Assembly: GCA_027319565.1 (NCBI GenBank)
Contig: DAHVNA010000018.1
Span: 1 to 37,428 of the forward strand
Source: Elusimicrobiota bacterium
GTDB taxonomy: Bacteria > Elusimicrobiota > Elusimicrobia > UBA1565 > UBA9628
Reading direction: 5' to 3'
Length of the DNA: 37,428 nucleotides
Shown here: positions 25,982-32,985 of the stretch, in pieces
Layout: each line of letters begins with the position of its first letter
Numbering within the stretch: the first letter of the stretch is position 1
The notes under the pieces: generated by a model
Databases searched by the model: none
Seen by the model: the letters and a program-made list of their open reading frames with translations, nothing else
Told to the model about the DNA's origin: nothing
Position numbers and translations under genes: made by a program

Positions 25982-28222
25982 GTGAAAAGATTAATCGAAT
26001 TTAAGACTCCGCTTGTTTTTTTTATTTTCTTTGCGCTCTATCTTTTCACCCTCAATCCGTCGCTGGCTCCCTATCGAGACGCCGGAGAAATGGCGACCAG
26101 CGCTTGGACCTTGGGAGTCTCTCATCCGACCAGCTATCCGCTCTACATTCTGCTTGGCCGCCTCATGGACTCTTTTCCCTTGGGAAACCCCGCCTATCGG
26201 CTCAATCTTCTATCGGCGATTTCCGCCGCTTTTGCCGCCGCGCTTCTATTTTCTTTTCTCTTTGAAAATTTCGGCTTTGAAGCGGCCTTGGGCGGCTGCG
26301 CTCTTTTGGGTTTTAACGCCACTTTTTGGTCGATTGCAATCGTATCGGAAATGTATAGCTTATGGATATTGGGCGCGGTTTTTCTTTTGTCGATTGCATG
26401 GAAGTTAAGCGAAAACTACGACGACAATCTCTGGTTTTTCTTTTGTTTTGCCTTTGGGCTGATTGTGTCTAACCGTCTTGATTTTATCCTCTACTCTCCC
26501 GGTCTTATCTGGCTTTCTCTTTCAGGAAGCGATGAAAAACCTGTTTCTTTTTGGGCCGGATGGGCCTTTGTCGTCTGTCCGGCTTTGATGTTTTTCTTCG
26601 GTTTCCACTGGCCTATCGCGGCATTAGCGGCCTGGACCGCTATTTATCGCCGAAAAACCCCCCATCTAAAAAGCTGGATATTTAAATCCGCCCTTTTTTC
26701 ATTATTGGGAATTTCCATCTATGCGTATCTTCCCATTCGATCGTCAACCGGCCCCTGGCTAGACTGGAATCACCCGGCAAACATGTCCAATTTCATTCAA
26801 TCGATTCTAAGAACGAAATACGGCGGAACCTTGGACCTCATCAGCGAAAATTACGCCAAGGGCTCTCTCTTTTTAGGCAATATGATTCTTTACGCCAAGC
26901 ACCTTTGGCATAACTTTTCCTTGGTTGGAATTTTAGCGGCTCTCTGGGGAATGGCGGCGCTGGCGCAATCAAAGCCGCGCCGGTTTATCGGGATAATCAC
27001 CCTTTATTTTTGGAGCGGGCCGTTTTTTCTATTACTGGCCAATATGCCGCCCAATCCTCACGCCATCGCGATCGTCGATCCTCATTATCTTCTGTCAGAC
27101 ACTGTCCTCATTTTTGGAGCCGCTCTCGGGCTTTCGGAGCGCTCTAAGCGTTTCAAGATACTTTCCCGAGCGGCGGTTTTATTTTTGTTTTTATTCCCCT
27201 TTCTCACCGGAAGGTTCAAAGAGTCAAACCGCAGGATGTATTTTTTTGATTATGACTATGCGAGAAACATTCTCCTTTCAGCCCCTCTTAATTCCACCCT
27301 GATCGCGAAAAAAGACGTTCAGCTTTTTAGTCTTTGGTATTATCAAACAGCCGCCGGCTGGCGCCCCGATGTCAATATCGTCGCTCAAGGCCTGATAGGC
27401 TCTCCCTGGTATGAGAATTCTTTCGCCAAAAGGCGTCCTAATTTGTTTTTGACTCCGCTCCCCGATGAGGATTCTTGGAAAAGATTTTTAGCCGTTAATA
27501 GCCCCACCTTTGCCACCCCTGACGCCGAGGTCCCGCCCGCAATTTTAAATAACCTAAGCCCGCGCGGACTTTTAATGGGCAATATTTCCGAAGACTTAAA
27601 CTCCTCTCAAAACCTCTGGCATTTATTTGTCCTGCGCGGCCGCTACTCCTACGAAAACCAAGTCGATTTTTTTACCTCGGATTTAGTCGACGCTTATTCC
27701 CAGATGGCATTTAAAGAAGGAACGGAAAAATTTAAGCAAGATCCCGCTTCTTCTTTTGATGATTTAAACCGCGCCTGGGCGATGCATTGGATTTTTCCGG
27801 GCCCCCCGGCCTATATGGGATATGCGGCTTATCTTGAGCAAAAATATCCGGACGCTTTAAACCTGTATCAAATAGCGGTTGATTTGGGAGAAAAACTTGA
27901 TTCTTTAGCCCATCAATATCGCGCGCTCAAAGGACCCATTCAAGAATTCAAGAAATCTTGCGCTGAAAACATGGTCCAGGTTGGGGCCATTGAAGAAAAG
28001 CTGGGAAACTCTCAAGAGGCCCGGAATTGGTATTTAAAATCTCTTGATACCTATCCCTCGGCGCAAGCCCATTACAATCTCGCGGTTCTAACCTGGAACT
28101 CCGATCCGGAGAGTTCGGAAAAAGAGTTGGAAGAAGCCTTGACTCTTGATCCTCATGACGCTGCGGCCGCAAAATATCTTCAAATCCTGCGCGCGCGGAT
28201 GGTAAACTATAAAAAACCATGA
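25982..28222 (+). CDS. DUF2723 / TMEM260-like GT-C membrane glycosyltransferase with C-terminal TPRs
   Basis: YLFTLNPSL..RDAGEMATSAWTLGVSHPTSYPLY..AYRLNLLSA, TFWSIAIVSEMYSL, YAYLPIRS..LDW, many TM helices, LWYYQ..RPDV, TPR motifs (AQAHYNLAV..ALTLDP). Confidence 0.85.
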   Translation: MKRLIEFKTPLVFFIFFALYLFTLNPSLAPYRDAGEMATSAWTLGVSHPTSYPLYILLGRLMDSFPLGNPAYRLNLLSAISAAFAAALLFSFLFENFGFEAALGGCALLGFNATFWSIAIVSEMYSLWILGAVFLLSIAWKLSENYDDNLWFFFCFAFGLIVSNRLDFILYSPGLIWLSLSGSDEKPVSFWAGWAFVVCPALMFFFGFHWPIAALAAWTAIYRRKTPHLKSWIFKSALFSLLGISIYAYLPIRSSTGPWLDWNHPANMSNFIQSILRTKYGGTLDLISENYAKGSLFLGNMILYAKHLWHNFSLVGILAALWGMAALAQSKPRRFIGIITLYFWSGPFFLLLANMPPNPHAIAIVDPHYLLSDTVLIFGAALGLSERSKRFKILSRAAVLFLFLFPFLTGRFKESNRRMYFFDYDYARNILLSAPLNSTLIAKKDVQLFSLWYYQTAAGWRPDVNIVAQGLIGSPWYENSFAKRRPNLFLTPLPDEDSWKRFLAVNSPTFATPDAEVPPAILNNLSPRGLLMGNISEDLNSSQNLWHLFVLRGRYSYENQVDFFTSDLVDAYSQMAFKEGTEKFKQDPASSFDDLNRAWAMHWIFPGPPAYMGYAAYLEQKYPDALNLYQIAVDLGEKLDSLAHQYRALKGPIQEFKKSCAENMVQVGAIEEKLGNSQEARNWYLKSLDTYPSAQAHYNLAVLTWNSDPESSEKELEEALTLDPHDAAAAKYLQILRARMVNYKKP

Positions 28223-28914
28223 ATATTCTTGAAGCTAAAACTGCCGGAACCCCCTCTGGAATGAGAATTCTTATTACCGGCGCTTCCTCTGGAATTGGGC
28301 GCGCCCTGGCCAAAAGATTTTTGGAAGAGGGCGCTAAAGTCGCCGTCTGCGCAAGACGCGAGCCTCTTTTGTCTCCGCTCAAATCTAAAAACACGCTAGC
28401 CTTTTGCGCCGATGTGACAAAACTTTCGGACATTAAGCTCATGATTGCGGAAATTGAGAAATCTTTAGGAGGACTCGACGCCCTCATCAATAATGCCGCG
28501 GTTTTAAAGAAAGGTCGCCTGACTGAGCAGCCTGTCCAAGAATGGACGGAAACTCTTGAGACCGACCTCAATGCCCCTTTTCTATTGTCGCGCTTAGCTT
28601 CGCCGCTGATATCTAAAGGCGCTATCATCAATATCAGCTCGGGTTTAAGCGTTTATCCGATGGAACCTTACGGGGCTTATTGCGTCGCTAAAGCTGGGCT
28701 CAATATGCTGACTCGAACTCTAGCAATGGAGTGGAACGGGAAAATCGCGGTCAACGCAATCAACCCCGGCGTAATTCACACGGAGATGAACACAAGCGCT
28801 TCTGAGGAGCCGGAAACTCTCTACCCCATTGTTCGTGCCCTTGTTCTAAACGGACCCAAAGGCCCCACTGGCCGCTTTTTCGACAAGACCGGTCTTGAAA
28901 TTTCCTGGGGATAA
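28219..28914 (+). CDS. Short-chain dehydrogenase/reductase (SDR)
   Basis: ITGASSGIG, LINNAA, NISSG, catalytic YCVAK, NPGVIHTEM; ATGA overlap with the upstream gene. Confidence 0.92.
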   Translation: MNILEAKTAGTPSGMRILITGASSGIGRALAKRFLEEGAKVAVCARREPLLSPLKSKNTLAFCADVTKLSDIKLMIAEIEKSLGGLDALINNAAVLKKGRLTEQPVQEWTETLETDLNAPFLLSRLASPLISKGAIINISSGLSVYPMEPYGAYCVAKAGLNMLTRTLAMEWNGKIAVNAINPGVIHTEMNTSASEEPETLYPIVRALVLNGPKGPTGRFFDKTGLEISWG

Positions 28915-28925
28915 AATTCCGCGAT

Positions 28926-30233
28926 TTAGCGCGGCCAAAAATTATAGCGAACGGCGATAATGCCTAAGATGTCATAGCCGCCGCTAAATTTTAAGAATCC
29001 GAGGTTAAAATCCGTTTTCAGATAGTGACTGGCCTTAAGGTTGATCAGCATCGGGTGAAGAGCCGCGCCATTAAACTGCATTGCCTCAAGCTCAATTGGA
29101 TGATTGGAAGTCGCCATAAAAATCGCGTTGACAAAAGGGATCGTATGACTCACGACGGTTTGACCGGGATCCTGGGCGTAGAAGGTCAAGGCCGTTGGAC
29201 TCAAAAAATTAGAAAATTGGGCGACCGCATCTCCCCAATCGCCAAACATCATGCCCGCGCTTAAACGCGTAAAATAAATCTTTTTGGTCATCACAAAATA
29301 AGCGTCTCCCAGTAATTGAGTCCCGTTGTTATTGTTTACTTGGGCCGTCACATTAGTCGAACCCGATCCCGAGGCCGTGGGCTGGGAAGTGTCGCGAAAA
29401 AGAAGGGTCCCCTGCGTCCCAAAAGCGACGGCTGGGCGCACGCGCGTTTCTGATTGAAGTTGCATTTTTCCATCGGCAGAAAGCATCCAAACTCCCACCT
29501 GATCGAGATAATTGGTTTTGGCTGGAGAGTTTTTAAACGAATTTTTGCCGTAGAGGCGTCCGATAATATAATCGGCGTTGATATCAAGGCCCAGTCCTGG
29601 AGAATTATCCTGATCATGACCACGGTAAGCCGTGGGAGTAAAAACAACGCCGGATAAAGGCGCTGGAGGCCTGACTTGAAGAGGCGCTGGCGCCGGCCTT
29701 CTAGACGATGTTTGTGCCGGTCCAGCCCCGGGATTTTTTTCCGCGAGCTTAAAAACCAGGCGCACTTCTCTTCCGACAATGGCAATTGTAGAAAGCTGAG
29801 AGGGAACTGGAGTCGTCATTTCATAGAGCGTAGGAACGACCGCCGAAAACTGGCCAGTCGCCTCGATTCTTTTTACATCGTCTAAAATGTCAGATTCCGT
29901 ATAAAGGCTTCCCTTCGTCGCATGGGTCAATTCGGTCAAGGTGTAATCATTGGTAAATTTTCCATCCCTGATGAAGAGAACTTCGCCGATAACCCAAGGC
30001 CCTTTCTTATCCAAGGATAAAGGAACCCCCAATCCGTTGGAAGTTGCGACCGGAGAAGAAACCGAAACAGACGCATTTTGCGCTGTCGGAGAAGAAACAG
30101 CGGGAGAAAACGCGGCCGATGGCGGGCTTTGAATAGGCTGGGCGACGGTTCCAGTTGAGGCTGGCAACTGTCCCCAAGCCGCCCCGAGCGGGAAAGCCAT
30201 CAAGAATGCGTTAAAGAATAAGATGCGCCGCAA
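28926..30233 (-). CDS. Exported protein: S/P/T-rich linker, POTRA-like domain, beta-barrel-like C-terminus
   Basis: Signal peptide MRRILFFNAFLMAFPLGAAWG; POTRA-like KGSLYTESDILDDVKRIEATGQFSAV; amphipathic strands ending IAVRYNFWPR. Confidence 0.7.
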   Translation of the reverse strand: MRRILFFNAFLMAFPLGAAWGQLPASTGTVAQPIQSPPSAAFSPAVSSPTAQNASVSVSSPVATSNGLGVPLSLDKKGPWVIGEVLFIRDGKFTNDYTLTELTHATKGSLYTESDILDDVKRIEATGQFSAVVPTLYEMTTPVPSQLSTIAIVGREVRLVFKLAEKNPGAGPAQTSSRRPAPAPLQVRPPAPLSGVVFTPTAYRGHDQDNSPGLGLDINADYIIGRLYGKNSFKNSPAKTNYLDQVGVWMLSADGKMQLQSETRVRPAVAFGTQGTLLFRDTSQPTASGSGSTNVTAQVNNNNGTQLLGDAYFVMTKKIYFTRLSAGMMFGDWGDAVAQFSNFLSPTALTFYAQDPGQTVVSHTIPFVNAIFMATSNHPIELEAMQFNGAALHPMLINLKASHYLKTDFNLGFLKFSGGYDILGIIAVRYNFWPR

Positions 30234-30684
30234 GATTGGCCATCACCCCCGCGCAGAGATCATCGGCGACGACTCCGTAGCCGCCCGGCAATTTCTCGAA
30301 CCAATTGCAGGGAAACACCTTGAACATATCGAAAATACGAAATAAAAGAAAGGCCAAAAGATAGGCCTTGGGGCTATGCGGCAATAGAAAAGCGGCGCAC
30401 ATCATGCCAAGAATTTCATCTAAAATAATGCGCCCGTCGTCATGGCGCCCAAAAATTTTTTCGGCTTTTCCGCAAAGCCAAAATGCGGCCAAAGAGCCTA
30501 GGATCAGAGTCATGAGAAATATTTTCGCATTTTTAGGCATCAATAAAGACACAAGCACGCCCTCAAGACTCCCGAAAAAGCCTTCCCCGCCGCGTTTTTG
30601 AACGCGCCCCGCTTTTGACCACATCCATCCCGGAAGATAGCTTAAGTAAGCTCCGGTCGCGAAAAAAAGGATCGCTTGATTCAT
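30211..30684 (-). CDS. pgpA: Phosphatidylglycerophosphatase A
   Basis: FFATG, HDDGRIILDEILGM, FLLFRIFDMFKVFP, GGYGVVADDLCAG. ATG at 30684 (ATGA overlap with the pgsA stop). Confidence 0.9.
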   Translation of the reverse strand: MNQAILFFATGAYLSYLPGWMWSKAGRVQKRGGEGFFGSLEGVLVSLLMPKNAKIFLMTLILGSLAAFWLCGKAEKIFGRHDDGRIILDEILGMMCAAFLLPHSPKAYLLAFLLFRIFDMFKVFPCNWFEKLPGGYGVVADDLCAGVMANLAAHLIL

Positions 30685-31247
30685 TGCCAAGTTTTCTCAA
30701 GCATTCGTCTGGATTGCTTAAAGTAAAGGTAGGCGGAACTCCAAGATGAAATAACGCAAACGATCGTCAAAAGATAAGGGAGGAAAAGAAAATGAAAAAC
30801 CGCCAGCGGAAAAAAATCTCTAACCAAAAGAAAGACGAGCATCGCCAAAATTGAAGCGGACTGAAGCCCCATCTTCCATTTACCCCAACTTTCCGCCGAA
30901 GGGACACTGCCGCCTTTAGCCGCTAAAATTCTCAAGCCCCCCATCAAAAGCTCGCGAATAATAATCAAAAAAATCCCCCAGAGCGGAATTCTAAGCCCGC
31001 TTCGAATGAGAGCGATTAAAGTTCCAATAATGAGAATCTTATCCGCAATCGGGTCTAAAACTTTTCCAAACGCGCTAATGGTATTAGTCGAACGAGCGAT
31101 TTGTCCGTCAAACCAATCGGTCAAGAGAGCAAACACAAAAAAGAGAAATGCCGCAGCGTCCCAGAATATATTTTTTTGAATCAGCGCGACGAAAGTTCCC
31201 AAGGCTAAGAGTATGCGGAAAACCGTCAGACGATTGGCCAAACTCAT
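30681..31247 (-). CDS. pgsA: CDP-diacylglycerol-glycerol-3-phosphate 3-phosphatidyltransferase
   Basis: ANRLTVFR, CDP-alcohol phosphotransferase motif TDWFDGQIAR..FGKVLDPIADK, IIRE..GLR, WGKWK; adjacent to pgpA. Confidence 0.92.
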   Translation of the reverse strand: MSLANRLTVFRILLALGTFVALIQKNIFWDAAAFLFFVFALLTDWFDGQIARSTNTISAFGKVLDPIADKILIIGTLIALIRSGLRIPLWGIFLIIIRELLMGGLRILAAKGGSVPSAESWGKWKMGLQSASILAMLVFLLVRDFFPLAVFHFLFLPYLLTIVCVISSWSSAYLYFKQSRRMLEKTWQ

Positions 31248-31257
31248 AGCAATCTAT

Positions 31258-32190
31258 TTAATGCGCGGTCCCAGAAACCGAAGCTGGCTGAGAAAGAGAG
31301 GGCGAGTTCGGACTCGCAACTTGAGCCGCTCCGACTGGATTTTTTTTTGCGATTGACTTTAGGCCCGGCTTTTTATTTTTTTTGTGGGACAAAAGAGTTT
31401 TGGCGCCAGATATCGCCTTGAGCTTAATATGATAATTTCCTTTTATATCCGGGTTCGGAAGGGAAAGCGCTTTCCCATCCAGAGAAATTTTAAGCGCCGC
31501 CGGGAAATTCGTCCAAAAAACAAATTCCCGCTTAGCCCACCAGGTTTGTTGCGCCCCGGCAGGAGCAAGGCCGCGAAACTTGATATTGCCGTCAACCGAA
31601 ACAACCAAGCGCGCGGGCTTAAGTAAATCAATCAGTAAAGATGACTCATCTTTTTGCGGCGGCGCTGTTTTCGGCACAGAAGGAACCTCGACAACCGGGG
31701 CGGCGGCTATTTTCTGATGCGCGAGGTTTTTTTTCTGAGAGTTGGATTTATATTCAAGAAACAACGCCGTCAAAACCGCCAAAGCGACCACGGAACCAAT
31801 CATGATATTCCGGAGATTTTCGCGTTGAGCTGGGGAAACCTTGATTGAAGAAGAATCCAAACTTTCCGCGGATTCTGAAATATTTTTTGCTTGGTCAATG
31901 GTCGCGTCTGATTTTGAAGGCTCAACAAAACCTAATTCATTAAAATCTATATCCAGATATTCGCAATATCCTTTAAGGAAACTTTTTAAATACGATCCGC
32001 CCGGAATTTCTTCAAAGCGGTCTTCTTCCATAGCGGAAATAAATCTTTTTGAGATCCTGGTTTCTTGATTGACGGCGTCGATAGTCCGGCCCTTTTTAAG
32101 GCGCGCCGCCCTCAATTTGTTTCCAATGGACGGAGTCTTGGCCTGAACCGCGCTTGATTTGGGAATAGAATCTATTTTTTCATCTGTCAT
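31258..32190 (-). CDS. rodZ: RodZ-like HTH / TM / DUF4115 cell-shape protein
   Basis: IGNKLRAARLKKG..ETRISKRFISAMEED..PGGSYLKSFLKGYCEYL, single TM, beta-rich periplasmic domain; conserved position between lolA and pgsA. Confidence 0.82.
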   Translation of the reverse strand: MTDEKIDSIPKSSAVQAKTPSIGNKLRAARLKKGRTIDAVNQETRISKRFISAMEEDRFEEIPGGSYLKSFLKGYCEYLDIDFNELGFVEPSKSDATIDQAKNISESAESLDSSSIKVSPAQRENLRNIMIGSVVALAVLTALFLEYKSNSQKKNLAHQKIAAAPVVEVPSVPKTAPPQKDESSLLIDLLKPARLVVSVDGNIKFRGLAPAGAQQTWWAKREFVFWTNFPAALKISLDGKALSLPNPDIKGNYHIKLKAISGAKTLLSHKKNKKPGLKSIAKKNPVGAAQVASPNSPSLSQPASVSGTAH

Positions 32191-32211
32191 AATTCACCTT
32201 TTAACGCTAAC

Positions 32212-32985
32212 TTAATTGGCCTTCCGGTTCCGCTCATCGAAAACCTGCGTTCCAGGCGGCATTTTGAAATGGAACTCCGCGCTTGACAACGCTATATTAT
32301 AGACGATATCAGAAAAGTGCGAGCGAACTAAAACCCCTTTTTGAGAAAAATCGCTTTCCACTGGAAAAAAATCGCGGGTATTTAAAAACAGGCGCAACGA
32401 GAATTTTTCAGAGGCGGTCTTGGGCGTCAGCAAAAGCTCGATATTACGGTAGCCTGATTTGGTTTTTGGCGCAAGAGAATTGTGGATGATTTTGATCTTG
32501 TAATTCTTAAGCATCGACGCATAATGGCCGAAATCCAATAAACCGCGGGCGAAAGGCTGAGTTTTGGCCCAATACGCGATATCCATTTCAAGCGCCTCTT
32601 TTCTCGAAGGGCGCCAAATCCAGATCGAATTTCCATCGGAGACGACCGTTTGTTTCTCCGGCAATTTTTGCTCGATGTGAAACAGAGATCCTCTCTCGTA
32701 TTTTAAGGAACCGGCCACGTTTTGGGTAATGCCAGCGTCGCGAATTAAAATAGTTTGGTTAAAGCGGGCGGACAAGGTCTTAATTTTAGATTCCACCTTT
32801 GAAAGATTGTTAATGATGGACTCAACCGTCAACGGAGATGAGGAAGGCGAAAGATTAAAATCCGAAACCGAAGAGGAAATAGCCACAACTGTCTGAGATG
32901 AGACAAGAAGCTGCTCCGCCGCCCGGGCCTCAACGGCCAAAAAAATAGAAAGCCCCGCCCCAATCAACGACAAACTTCTAATCAC
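32212..32985 (-). CDS. lolA: Outer-membrane lipoprotein carrier LolA family
   Basis: Signal peptide, IKTLSARFNQ, GSLKYER, QTVVSDGNSIWIW, FHFKMPPGTQV; directly downstream of ftsK. Confidence 0.85.
   Translation of the reverse strand: MIRSLSLIGAGLSIFLAVEARAAEQLLVSSQTVVAISSSVSDFNLSPSSSPLTVESIINNLSKVESKIKTLSARFNQTILIRDAGITQNVAGSLKYERGSLFHIEQKLPEKQTVVSDGNSIWIWRPSRKEALEMDIAYWAKTQPFARGLLDFGHYASMLKNYKIKIIHNSLAPKTKSGYRNIELLLTPKTASEKFSLRLFLNTRDFFPVESDFSQKGVLVRSHFSDIVYNIALSSAEFHFKMPPGTQVFDERNRKAN

Noticed and set aside
27948..28631. 227-aa minus-strand ORF
   Set aside because: Antisense to the SDR and the DUF2723 3' end; long antisense frames are common opposite SDR genes.
31339..31383. Poly-T tracts as phase-variation sites
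   Set aside because: They encode Lys runs in the basic RodZ tail and the frame is intact; similar tracts occur throughout the window.
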